A stretch of 64,000 nt of DNA from Octopus sinensis (Eukaryota). A program made the translations under genes and the position numbers. The notes beneath the pieces were generated by a model. The model did not search any database, had not been told where the DNA came from, and saw only the letters and a program-made list of their open reading frames with translations. The stretch is from contig NW_021833054.1 in the NCBI RefSeq assembly GCF_006345805.1, positions 20,003-84,002 of the forward strand, read 5' to 3'. Positions 27,988 to 41,092 of the stretch are shown here, one piece after another; position 1 is the first letter of the stretch, and every line of letters begins with the position of its first letter.

Positions 27988-30900
27988 CTGTTTATTAGAA
28001 GTAATTCAGACAGGACTAGTGTATTACACTTAACACTGAGAAAAACAAAGGAAAGAAAACCTTGTCGATTATTTTATCCAAAGACTGCTAGATGCAATGC
28101 TGTTAGATACACACATCAACTTCTCTCTGATATCATCCTCAGGCTGAATTGATACCGTCTTATAAAGACTGCTTTAAGATTAGGCTATTAAAAGAGAAAA
28201 GTGTTCACATGTACAGTTTCTCAAGTTAGCATCTGCTTCAAAAGAAGTAAACAGAAAGGCAACAAAAATATACAAACAATATCAAAGAAAAAAATTACAC
28301 ATCCAAAGACTTAGAAGAGATTTGTGAGAGGAGACTTTAACATATCAGGAAAACTGACAACCTCAACACCATAAAAGTCATGCCATTATATTAATGCGCA
28401 GATCACAACTAGGAAACTAGACTTTTGAAAGTTTATTTATATTTTAGGACTTAATTACAGGAAACTTGTGTCCCTTGTGTATACCATTATTCCTGTAATT
28501 ACCCCTTCATTTAAAGGAACAATGGATGGATTACATTCTGTAGTAAACAAGTATATCAGCAAACACAAAAGCAAGAAGAGGAAGGAGAGTTAATCCTTAT
28601 AACTATTTGTCAGAATTTTGAAGACTAGCTATAATAATTTACCAACTATTTCAGCTGTAGTTAACTGGCATCAATGTTAGGTGGCAGCACTGATAGATTA
28701 GCTTTATATTTTCATTTTAATAAGAGCTTTCAGAGTGAATTTAAGTATCTTTCAATATTCATCGATAATACATAGAATTATAATGATGATTTAAGTATAA
28801 TTTGAAATTTTCTCCCTAATGAATAAGCATTAGTGAATGAAGTACTTTCAGGAACTGGGAATAAAAGGAATGATAGGCTAATTCCCCTATAGATACATAG
28901 TGCTCACCAAACAATAATAATGATTATTACTATGATAAAATAGGAGAGTACTGTAGTTTGCTTGAAGCATTGTGTATTGTTTGTAAAGAATAAAAAGTTT
29001 TGAATGGTACAACAATACACTATAATACAGACAATGGGCTATATACCTGTTGTAATTTAGTCATCCATAGTATGATATGATATTTCGGAATAATATTCCT
29101 TCTTCAGATATTCTTTTTATTCTTTACTATGATAAAAAAATTTAGCAACCTACAAAGATTTAGATGATTTCCCAGTTTGTAATATATATTAGACTGTTCC
29201 ACTGATGGGTTTGAAATATATTTTAATCACATATACACATACTATGAATTAAAAATACACTAAAAGTATAGGCATTTTTAAAATTCCAACAAGAAAAATG
29301 TCAAAACCAGGGTGAACTAAATACTATGAAAAATATGGCAAAGTTCAAAATCGTTTTTATATGGTACAATACAGAATCCAGGGAAATTGATATTTGTCTG
29401 CATAGGTAAAGATTAATTCCTAGGCGATTTCATAGAAGAGCTCAATGAGTAGATTTTCTGTGGAGTAAACGAGTTGGATCTAGTTAAACTGATTCACAAG
29501 ATCTGAATTATTTTAAAGGAAGTAAAAAATCTAAAAATCGGCTATATCAATGTAGTTTTCCACTCTTATTCCTATGAAGGCAAGATGTTGTAGAGAAAAA
29601 ATTGGAGAAAAAAGTTACAGAGATTTAAAAATCGAAAAATCTGTATTTTTAGCCAATAGGGAGACAAAAATTTTCTGCGTTTAGTGGTGTCAACTTTAAG
29701 GTTGTACAATGTGAAATTTATAGTTTAGCATCTGTTCATTGTAGGTTTCTAAATAAACAGAAATACCTAATAAAATCAACATGTATCATCTTACTGTTTC
29801 TTTTGTCTCTTCATTGATTTCTATAGTATTTTGTATGTTTTTATTATTTTTTAAAATTTGTTATATTAATATATTTGATTACATGTGTTTACTTTATGCA
29901 TATTTCAGTATCATGTATTTGTGTACATCATTAGTATATAAGTGCACGTGGATGTATGTATTCATCTATAAGTTTATATGCACATTTATGCATTCATGTG
30001 TGTGTGTGTGTGAAAAGGGGATATCTGTCTCCAAAACTCCAAAGTTGAGTAACGTTTTCATACTTGGATTTGTAAACTAGAGTAAGAATAACACTGGTCA
30101 ACAAAGAATTTATCCCAAGAAAAAGAATGCCTGTTTTAGCATGCAGAATTAAAAAATAATGTCAAATTATCTGTATCGTCCACAGTTTCTGTTCCATGAT
30201 ATCCCTCTCAGTTCCTGTTATGTGGGCTAATTTTCAGTTAAGCTGTTGAATTGTGAAGCTAACGGTTTAAGAAATACTCCTAATTTAAATGCTTGTGAAC
30301 TGAATTAACCTAGTGAAATAATAAATCCAGCTATCTGAGTTAATGAGTCCTTGAAGCTTGGCAATACTGAGTTGATGAGCCACCGATGCCTTGTCAGTAC
30401 TGTGCTTGAAGTGTAGGTGTGCAGTTGTGTACTAAGTTCACATATTCCATTCACCTTCATAATGCCAAGAAACTGTATAAACCGTGCAAGCAACTTTTGC
30501 TATACATGAAAAATATATAAAATATTAAGAAAAATATCTATAATAAAATTCTAATTGATAAATATAAATTTTTATTAAAACAAAACACACGGGTGGAGTA
30601 AATCTTGTGGTGTGAAGAATCAACATAACACAGTGTATGGGTGAAGTAAAACACAACACAGTGTGCGGTTGTCATGGTAACAAGCTGTTAATGCCTCTCT
30701 GTCTGTTGATTGGCTAAAATAACCCAAATTTCCCAACTTTAATTCCAAATAAACATCAGATTCTTTAACTTAAAGTAATTGTAATCAAAATTCAGAGTAA
30801 AATCAATACACCAAACTTGAAAGCAATCTGAGCAAAATTAAAGGGGGATGATTTTGTGAATCAGTTTAACTAGATCCAAAGAGCTTAAATTCAAACACTT

Positions 30901-31499
30901 GCCCTTCTTTCTACAGAGGAAATAGATAAAAGTTCATGACTTTGGTAACAAATTTGTGAATGAAAAATGGAATAAATAATAGTATGATGTCAGAAAAGAG
31001 CAGCAATGTAGGAAGAGAGGGTGAAAAGCTGGAGATATGTGCTATGAGTTATGAGCAAGGTGAATCATGGGGGATGAAATTAAATTTAAAAAAAGTGGGA
31101 GGAGGTGAGGACCAGATCAAGTGAGGTGATAGATATTAAGAGCTCATAACAAAGAGAAGAGGTGGACAATGCTAAGGAGGGAGAAAAGGAATGGAAGTGG
31201 GAATTTGCAAAGAATTAAGTTTAATAAGGTGTGGCCAAGAACTGTAAAATAATTTATGACAGTAAGGGGTGAGTAGAATTGTAAAGAAAATTAATAGTGT
31301 CTAGAGTGGAGGTCAGTAGGGATGGAAAGAAATATATAGTAGTCTGTGACAGGATGTGGGTGGCAGGGGGGATTAGAGGGTCAATATAATAAAATGGATT
31401 ATAGGCACAAGCCAACTACATGCTGCACACTATGCGAAGTACATGCATACAACTGCGTTCAAAATAGCTAACCATACAGTACATGGACACACATACACA

Positions 31500-31557
<58 letters not shown>

Positions 31558-31669
31558 CATATAGACACACATAAGCAACACAGCACAAATAAATACACAT
31601 CACACAAGAAAAGCATTTTTTTTTTTTTGTATTTTGAAGATGAAGGGGTTTGAAAATGGAAGGCAGAAT

Positions 31670-33115
31670 TCAAGGAACCTAAGATGTAAATTTAGACCCT
31701 AAGGTGCCAAAGTACCTATGCTGAAGAAGATGTTTTGGGGTATAATGAGACTTGGAGACACTATATTTACAAGTCCCATTCTACCGAAAGTGTTGGAGAA
31801 CAGCACAATCTGAGAGGTGATCAGCAGAGTGGCTGAGCAAGTTAGTGCTAGACTACAATTTTTTGAGGACTTCTTGGATGTTTTTATGGACTTCCAGCAA
31901 ATGCTCACAAAACCTACTTTACATATGTATTAACTCTTTTGTTATCAAATTTTTGAAGAAATGCAGTCTTTGTTTCAGTTAATTTTGAAAAAATACAGAG
32001 TTTATTAATATAATTTTGTTATTATGCAGATGACATTTGGACATACATTACCACAGAGTTTCATTGATAGGTTTTAATTTAGATCACTTTAAAACAAAGA
32101 GTTTGTATCTTAGAATAGGGGGCAGTTTCAGATGTGTTGGTATCAAAAGTTAATCTCCACAAATCTTGAAGACTCTACAGCATATAAGGTTAGAGGAAAT
32201 GTAGTGAGAGTGATTGATCACATTGACTGAAGGCTTGAACCTAACAGAATTAAAGGGAGATGTAAACATCATGGTTAGACCATATAGATGTGCCCACATG
32301 GGATGTGTCTAGGGGCAAGCAAGCTCCTGACCAGAAGGTTACATAGAATCTTATCCTTGTTGAAGGACATGACTGGAGGCATGGAAAAAATGGGATCAAT
32401 TGGAAAGCAGAAGGTGGAACTGTGAAACAGAGTGCTCTGAAGTGACTGAGTCACTTGAGAGGGTGAGGAGGGGAATCCAGACTCTGGGAGAGTGGTTGTT
32501 TGGCATAAGTGCAACAGGAGAGTTGATGGATTGAACTCAAGAGAGAGCAGTATTCACAACAGGTTGAAAGTACCTAAGTGAGAGAAAAAATTGATGCATG
32601 ACTTGAAAATAAGTCATATCTTTGCTGTGGGGATAGAGAACTGGTGAGAGAGGTTGCCTCGATACAGTCACCAATGTAATGACCCAATAGTTAAGGGGCA
32701 AACCTAGAAAACCTAGAAAAGTTAGGTTTAACAGGGCCAACAAACAAGTTGATGTGATTTGGATCATCTTGGTGCCAATAGCTATGCCACTCAGGTGTTG
32801 GTAGAACACATCAGAATAGGAAGAGCAATGAAGAATGAGAATGAATTCAGTTTGGATGAGGAGTGTACAGGTTGTGGGTTCAAATGTGTGGTGTTAAGGT
32901 CAAAGAAGTATTTCAGGACTGGTAGGTCATTGTCATTGTGGATGTAGGTAGACAAGGATTTGAGCTCTATAGAAATGAAGGATTTACAAGGTCCAGAGGT
33001 GGGTGGTATGGTTAGTGTCCTTATGAAAGCAGTAGCCAGAAGGAGCATAATTTGGTTGAGATAGTTAAAGATTAGTTTGGCAAAAAATAGGGTAGCTAAG
33101 AGCATTGGGCTTGGG
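31670..33115 (-). mobile_element. Decayed Penelope-like element (RT + GIY-YIG endonuclease)
   Basis: Frameshifted RT motifs KSFISIELKSLSTYI (DVKSLYTNI-like), FYQHLSGIAIGTKM (Q..G.AMG) and PPVMSFNKDKILCNLLVRS. Endonuclease motifs ISSNLICC, RFCEHL and IFFSIGTLAP*GLN. Confidence 0.8.
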
Positions 33116-35299
33116 AGTTTGGGAGGAGAGAGTAGATAATGGAAGTATGGGGAGTTTGTGGTAAAGTTGATTACTGTAGGAGAAAGTAAATAGAAAGAAA
33201 TTAGTTTTGTATAATGATGGAGAAATGTTTTAGATTTAAAATTATGCTGTTGCTGAGCAGTTTCTGGTAAAACTGTAATTCACTTAGATGATGGAAGGTT
33301 TCTTTCATGTTGAGAGCCACCTAACAAACCATTACTATTTTACCCTTCTCAGCCAGTTTAATGAATATGTTACAAATCTGTTAGAAATGACAGAGTTCAA
33401 CTAGTTCTGGAGATATTAAAACAACTGTCACTTCTGGAAGGTAAAAATGATCCCAATTGTGATGACATTTCAGTTGGAACAGATTCAATGAATTTTGTTG
33501 CCCAAAATTGCAATAGCTATCCAGTTGCATCAATAATTATACACACTCAAGACATTTCTCTGTATTTGCAGCAACTTTTCAATGACTTAATAATTTGCTG
33601 TCCTGAAACAGTTTGCTTGTACTTGTTTGACTTTCTAATAGCTGGGATGTGAATTGATTTGGGTTAATAACCCATTAGTGCCCATTTTTTAATTTATTTA
33701 TTACCAAAACTCTTTTTTTATGCGACTTTATTTGATACTAAATATATAAAAAAAAATTTATTACAATATTTAAAAGACACTCCTGTCTTAATGACTAACT
33801 AAAGATATCTCAGAAAAATACAGGTGTTTCAGAAATATGATGGATTCTTAAAAAAGGACCATAGGCGCTAATGGGTTTTAACCATATCAACTATGGTATC
33901 ACATTAGCAATAACAAAACAGCTTGCTAAACTTATTGCTTATAAATAAATATATATTCCATTACCAAAAGAAATGGGTCAGATTTTAAGAAAATAATCTC
34001 AAGAATTTTGCTCAAATGACCAAGAAATTCTATGCCGATTAATTTCAGTTCTCACACTGTCTAGAAAAGATAAGGTTTGTAAATAAAGATAAAACCATTG
34101 CTAATGTTTTTACTTATTTTCCCCCTGTGCAATTGGCCCATTTCAGGCCCAATTAGTGTACTGGTCAAAAGATAGTATACATAGTTTTTATATAATGAAT
34201 AACAATTTAAAATTTGAAAATGATGCTAAGTTTCAGAAGCTTAAAGATGATTATCATCAACTTTCAAAGATTTTTAAGATCTCATAAACATTGCTTAATC
34301 CACCAGTGGAAACTATCTAAAATTGATCAACTTCAAAAACATCAGAAGCAACATGAACTATAAGACAATAAATATGCTGGTTTATAGGGTTGTGATAATA
34401 AGGATTTTTTCCCCTTTTTTCTTATTCTTCTTTCTTGGGAATCAAAAATTTAATGCATTTAATATTGGTATATGGAATACCAGCTCTGAAGTTGTAGTAC
34501 TTTGCATATGGTAATACATTGCCAGTATTTCTATCTAAAATATTAAATATTCCTGTCCTCGAAAGCTTTTAGAAGTTTTCAAGGATCAAAAGCTGACAAT
34601 TTCATGTAACAAAATTTCCCAATTGACACAGTTCAGAACAAAATTTACTAAACTTCAAACAATTTCTTTTTTCATCAATTTTCACTACCAAGTATCAATG
34701 GTGAAGCAATGCATTTACTGCAAAAGATATATATACTTTATCATCATCACCATCATCAGCAAATATTTTCTTACAAAGACTGTATTGGAAATATTCAAAT
34801 GATTTGTTAATGGCAGTCTTTTCATATCAAGAGATGACTATATCGGCTGATTTACAAATTCATGAATGAGATGAAGTCTGAAGATGCTAATTCTGACAGC
34901 ATATTGCATGTACCAACCAATCAAGATTCAGAAGCTGAAAAATAAATTGAATTTGTTTACTATTAGAAGACCTAAATTATTTGATGGTCATATTAATGTG
35001 ATTTATAAAACTTAATGTTTCAAACCATCAGAAAATGTTCTCTGAAGAGAGTGAAGGTAAATGAAGCTTTTTATTTTTAGTTTTAGTTCAACATACATCT
35101 ATAGATCCAGTACTTGGACACATTGTCATTTTTATATCAAGGAGTCAGTCGGTATCTTGGTCTTACAACATACACCCTCATCCAAATGACCCAGCATAAG
35201 TTGATTAAGCCTAAGCCTGTGTCAAAGCAGCATTCTGTTAACCCTACCAATTACTTTCCAACTAGAGCCAACTAGATGCTTTCTCAGCAGCCTCTATAG

Positions 35300-35563
35300 C
35301 AGTGGTTCTCAACCGTTCTTTTCCGATAGACCCCTTTGGTTCCTATTTTACTCAGCAGGTGGGACACTAATAATGATTCAATGTCTAAAAACTCCACTTA
35401 TATTTTTATGATTAGATATTATTTAGAATTGTATTAAAAAATGTTTAAATATTTTGGTGTATTGTAGAAATATAACCAATTTATTGCGTATAAATTTTAA
35501 CAACAAAATCTTATATGACCCCACCACCCCAAGGGCCATATGGGCTCCAGTTGAGAACCACTG
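35300..35563. mobile_element. hAT (Charlie-like) MITE
   Basis: TIRs CAGTGGTTCTCAAC / GTTGAGAACCACTG; perfect 8-bp TSD CTCTATAG at 35292-35299 and 35564-35571. Confidence 0.9.
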
Positions 35564-35755
35564 CTCTATAGCCTATACATTGTTTTTGATGGCTCTTCTA
35601 CTCATTTTGGAATATATGCTTTTATTTTTATATAAGCATGGATTTTCTGGACTATCAGCCTCAACTTTCTTATTCCTACTTATTTAATATCTCAAACCTT
35701 CCATTTTTTGCATCTCTACATATATACATATCCAAATTGCCTCCACATATATATA

Positions 35756-35773
35756 TATATAAATCTAGAGACA

Positions 35774-35831
<58 letters not shown>

Positions 35832-35849
35832 TGTCTCTAGATTTATATA
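35756..35849. repeat. Perfect 94-bp palindrome centred on (AT)24
   Basis: TATATAAATCTAGAGACAATTTC-(AT)24-GAAATTGTCTCTAGATTTATATA. Confidence 0.9.
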
Positions 35850-37452
35850 CTATAAAAACCCATGTAATTTATGCACTTTTTCGTAAAAATAAAAATAAAC
35901 TTTAGTGTCTCCAGAATTTCTTTCGAAATTTTTTTGTTGAAAAAAGATGTACAAAACACAAGCATTCATGTTGGAAGTTGACTCATTTAATATCAGGATA
36001 GGTTTCTACAGAAAAATTTATGGCTTAAATACGTATAATGATGTTGACTTTTATTTATGCTAGACAGTATAATGCTTACTTTTTCTGTATAAATTTACTA
36101 AAACCATTAAATGGTTAACTACTTTTTGAAGTCTGACGTCCATGCTGATAAACATGTCCAGGCCATATTTTACATTGCCTGGAGTTTCTACCTATTGCAA
36201 TGGAGCACCATTGACATACATAGTGATATGGATATTCCTGACTGAAAAAATGTAATGATATGAATAAGCTTGATTGTATGTTTTTATTTTTGTCTGTTTA
36301 TTATTAGGCACAGTTTTAAGTTTGTTGTACAGTTTATGCTAATTTCGAACATTGGCTTCATTAACATTAAAATGCCTTCCGGCAGCTCTTATGTCATGTT
36401 CAAATGCATACTCAACATATTTAATTTCTCCTTCACTATAAACGATTCATAAGTTCTGCCCATACTGACAATAATGGTAATGACAAATTTTAAAGTTCAC
36501 TTGACATTTATATTTATTTATTTATATATTTTTAATACAACAATTATTTTTCACGTGTGTATATCATTCTGAGGAGATTTGATATTGATTTCCTAATATT
36601 AATAATAATATCATCATCATCATTTAAGGTTGGACTGTTCAACTGGAGTCTGGGAAGCCAGAAGGCTGCACCAGGCCCAGTCTGATCTGGCAATGTTTCT
36701 ACAGCTGGATGCCCTTCCTAACGCCAACCACACCATGAGTGGGTGCTTTTTACGTGCCACCAGCACGGAGGCCAGGCGAGGCTGGCAACAGCCATGATCG
36801 GATGGTGCTTATACATGGATGTGACAGGTTCATATATATATATATATCCATGGATGTGACTAGTTCATACATATACACTCACACACATACAAATGTTTCT
36901 GATTCTGAAAGAACACAAGAAAATCAGTACAAAGTCAACAATGTGATGACTAATTACATTTCAACAGATCTAATTAGTGACACAATTTAACAAGGTGAAA
37001 GAAGAGCAGACATTCTTCTAAATATCTCTAAGTCTCTAATAGCTGTTTGTATATATGTGAGTGACGAGGAGTACTTAGTGCTCAAAAGAAGTATGTCTCC
37101 AATAACATAACAGGGATACATATGCAGAAATACATATACCTACGTATGTAGAAATACATACACATACACGCATATAAATACATATGCATGTAAACGTAGA
37201 CACACATACATATATAAACTCATATGAATATGCAGACACACATAAACATACTAACACACAAACATATATATTCTATTGTTTCCTTTTCTTCATCTCTATG
37301 TACATTTTTAGTATATAACTGGTATATACACATACAAATACGTTTAAATTCTAAAACATTACATTTATGTGTGTATGCAAGTACATTTACATATATGTAT
37401 GTGTGTGTGATACACACACACTTAAATGTGTGTATATCTTTTTTTTAATTCT

Positions 37453-38190
37453 TTATATCTGTTGAATTGCCCAGAAGCGAATGGCAAGAAAAAATGCCAA
37501 AGACATGGCAAGCAGAAAGAGAACAACACCAAGAAGAGGCATGATGCTACTATAAATGAATGAGTCTTCAAATGCAAATTGTCGATATCAAATAATAGCA
37601 AAGAGAATAATAAGGAATGGATAAACAACCCTCTCTATAAATGTCTCTTGTCTACCCTCATTTATTGGGGGAGGCACAAATGCAGCACCGGCTTGATTTG
37701 ATGTCGATTCCTCATTTCGACGAGCAAGGGAAGGTGTAATCAAACAATGGATAATGGAATTTCCCTTCACGTTACATGAACTCAATGTGGAAGTATCATT
37801 ACCAAGAGCTTTCCCATTGAAGATGAAGCATACCATTTTGTTATCTGAAAGCTCTTTTCTAAAATGTGACTGTCGAAATCCTCCAATTGTATCAGATAAA
37901 TATGCATCAACAATGCACTGAGTATTGTTCAAATACATCAGCTTTATTTTTACTTGTTTCTCTTTCTTTTCTTCTTTTTCTTCTTCTGTCACAGTCTCAG
38001 AAGAATTCTGGTCACTGCTCACCGGACTCTCATTAACTTGAGCTGATGCAGATTCACTTTGATCGTCACCATCTTCATTTGAAGCAAGATTTTCTGAATC
38101 TTTGTCAGCATCTTCCAATAAATTACTTTCCGAAGAGTTGTCTGTCGTGTCGTCCTTTAATATTACTAATACTTTGATACAATTGAGCAC
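37453..38190 (-). pseudogene. TMUB1: TMUB1/2-like (transmembrane and ubiquitin-like domain protein) main exon with an in-frame TGA
   Basis: Acidic linker, then UBL domain KLMYLNNTQCIV..DTIGGFRQSHF..FIFNGKALGNDTSTLSSCNVKGNSIIHCLI, then TM VVYPFLIILFAII. TGA at 37588-37590, then the frame stays open 45 codons (YRQFAFEDSFIYSSIMPLLGVVLFLLAMSLAFFLAIRFWAIQQI) to TAA at 37453-37455. The true 5' splice boundary is uncertain. Confidence 0.72.
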
Positions 38191-38240
38191 TCAATATAAA
38201 TTCAGTATATAATATTCTAATTGAATATATTTAACTAAAG

Positions 38241-38342
<102 letters not shown>

Positions 38343-38346
38343 CATA

Positions 38347-38660
38347 TCTCTTATTATAAAAGGCAGATTTTATCTGCCTCCCTTTGGGAGTTATACAAAT
38401 CTACAATATAGGATTTCTTCAATTACAATTTACCTAGTATTTTTAAGAGTACAATGCATCGCGTCATGCCAGGTCCAGTTTTTAAAATTTAAACTCCAAT
38501 TAAGCAAAATTTACAGAAAACTCACATTCTGGTGTGTGTGTCAAATGCTTTTCTTAGTCTGGTTTACACCACACGCAAACGCACACACACAGTGTGCTAC
38601 GAATAAAGTGAAACTAATTCAGTGTGTTGACAGGTAGACAATAGAATGCGATGACGACTA
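38347..38660 (+). mobile_element. Helitron-type 5' terminal fragment
   Basis: A|TCTCTTATTATAAAAGGCAG start resembles other Helitron heads in this window; no 3' end found. Confidence 0.4.
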
Positions 38661-38759
38661 TGACGCTGATAGATACATGAGTAAAATGTATGGGAAGCTA
38701 ACACATAAGAGTGAGTGAAAATGTTCTTGGAAGAGAGTAAATAGCCAGAGAGTATAAAG

Positions 38760-38773
38760 TAAACATACACTCA

Positions 38774-38807
<34 letters not shown>

Positions 38808-38830
38808 CATACATACACACACATACACAC

Positions 38831-38861
<31 letters not shown>

Positions 38862-38931
38862 TACATACATACACACATACATACATACATACATATACAT
38901 ACATACACACACACACACATACACACACACA
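38760..38931. repeat. (ACAT)n/(AC)n compound microsatellite
   Basis: Direct observation. Many other (AT)n/(CA)n tracts exist, e.g. 7535-7630, 7815-7950, 14540-14702, 26215-26290, 27030-27350 and 38205-38345. Confidence 0.95.
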
Positions 38932-39039
38932 GTATTGAAGCTTGAGAACAATCAGATACATCTGCAACACATCTGTTGAAAATATTATTGTTCACACACA
39001 TACATATACATATATACATACAGAGAGACAGACAGATAG

Positions 39040-39070
<31 letters not shown>

Positions 39071-39363
39071 ATCCAGCATGGCCACAACCTCAAGGCTGAA
39101 ACGTATAAAACAATAACAGAATATAAATGTGTGCATGTGTGTGAGAGAGAGAGTGTGTGTGTATATGTATGTATGTATGTATGTATATATATATAATAAT
39201 GCGGTTTTTTCAACAGCTTGAACTAAATGTCAGAGGGGAATGGGATAAACTACTTATATTAACTTGCTATAAAAGCAGGTAGTAATTTTATCTTGTCCTT
39301 ATTCATAGTGCAAGTTTTGAAGAGTGCATTTCGATTTTAACAGCTATTTTTTTCAAAGCTATA

Positions 39364-39785
39364 TTGGAAGTAACAAAGGAGCATATTTGGCATATTTTGC
39401 TTTATGAGTTCAATAAAGACAACAACGCAACGGAAAGTACAAGAAATATTAATGCAGTATATGGGGATTGGACAATAAGCGTAAGGCAGTGTCAATGGTG
39501 GTTCCAGAAATTCCGAGCCATAAACTACAGCCTAGAAGACGAGCCTCATCCTGAAAGATCTGTAGAACTCGACAAGGACATCCTGAAAACCCTGGTGGAA
39601 CAAAATCTCATCGTAACTGTTGAGGAACTAGCAGAGAAGCTTGGATTAGGTCATTCAACCATTCATTGAGATCTGTGTGCTATCGGAAAAGTCAGCAAAT
39701 TGGGTCAATGGGTTCCTCACGAACTTTCCGAGTCTAATTGCATGCAGAGAGTGAATGTATGCTTTTCTTTGCTGTCACATCTCAC
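39364..39785 (+). pseudogene. mariner transposase N-terminal half (HTH domains to WVPHEL), truncated
   Basis: EHIWHILLYEFNK..WFQKFR..YSLEDEPHPERSVELD..TVEELAEKLG; after a TGA at 39667-39669 it continues GKVSKLGQWVPHELSE. No DDD catalytic domain follows. Confidence 0.85.
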
Positions 39786-39804
39786 CACTACTGCGCTATG
39801 TATA

Positions 39805-40440
39805 TCTATATATATAAAACTGTAGTTGTGTGAGTGTCTGTCCCCTTCGATTTAGATTCCTAACTACTCCCACATTTTGCGGTGCAGTTTAACCAAATTC
39901 GGGTAGCTTATAGTCGTGATTCATATCGAGCCCGTCTGACTATTAGCACGCGTCAACGATGAGTCTACGATTTTAAAAGTAATTTAACATCATTTTTTAT
40001 TCCATTTTAATGCATAATTTTTCGTGTGTCGATGGCGGCGGAGTTGGCGTCCACGCTCACACCTGCACCTGTGGGGAAGGGAGTGTAAGGAAATCAACGT
40101 CGTAATGCGTTGTCAAGGAGACCAGCGTTCTTTTAGAACAACGACTTCATGGCTTGAAGACACCAAAACAGAAATGGCTAAGAAAGCGTCTACATGAGTC
40201 TACGATTTAAAAAAGAATTTACCATCGTTTTTTTCCATTTTAATGCATTTTTTCGCTATTATATAAGGGAAGTAACTCTCTAAAAATGTCTACGATGAGT
40301 CAACGATTTAAAAAAAAATTTACCATCATATTTTTTCCATTTTTAATGCATTTTTTGCTATTTTTTGGCTATAACTCTCTAAAAATGCTTATATAGTTAT
40401 TTCCCTTACAAACCCGAGCAACGCCGGGCGATACTGCTAG
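39805..40440 (+). mobile_element. Non-autonomous Helitron with intact termini
   Basis: 5' A|TCTATATATATAAAAC; 3' hairpin CCCG-AGCAACGC-CGGG followed by CGATACTG-CTAG|T. Inserted between A and T with no TSD. An internal motif is repeated three times. Confidence 0.85.
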
Positions 40441-41092
40441 TATATATATAAATCAAAATCAAAATGAGAGTGAAAAATTGGATATTAATTTGATAACATC
40501 AATTTTAACACCAGTGGTCTAGCATATAAAAAAAAACTGAGATTCAGGAAATAGTATTTCATACATAAATATAAGAGGGAATATTTTTAACCACTATGTG
40601 GAAACCCTTATGCTAGAAGAAGATCTGCTATGGTCTTAACCACTAAGAATTGTTCTCTAGCAAAATTCAGCACACCAGAAACGTAAGTGAGCAAGACAAA
40701 TGAAAAGTAACAAAAATATAGATTAATCATAAACAATTGTTTCACTATCAATAAATTATGTAATTTTACTTACACAATTTATCTGTAGATCGTCAGTATG
40801 ATCGTCTATGCAGAATATAATTTGCAGAACTTCATGCCATATATCAACACGAGGTTGAAAATGCATATAGTTCTACCTATAACATTTGCGGTTTTTTTTC
40901 AATAGTCTTCATTTAGGCACGCTAAATTACTGGAAATAAATACTGCATAATAGTTCACTGCAGTAGTTTTCGCCGGTTTGAGAACATATTAATTTAAAAT
41001 TAAAATCAAAATGAGGGTGAAAAATTGGATATTAATTTGATAACATCAATTTTAACACCAGTGGTCTAGCATAAAAAAGAAAAAAACTAGTT

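Noticed and set aside
37588-37590. Selenocysteine interpretation of the TMUB in-frame TGA
   Set aside because: The aligned residue in the family is Trp, not Cys, and no SECIS-like hairpin was recognised downstream.
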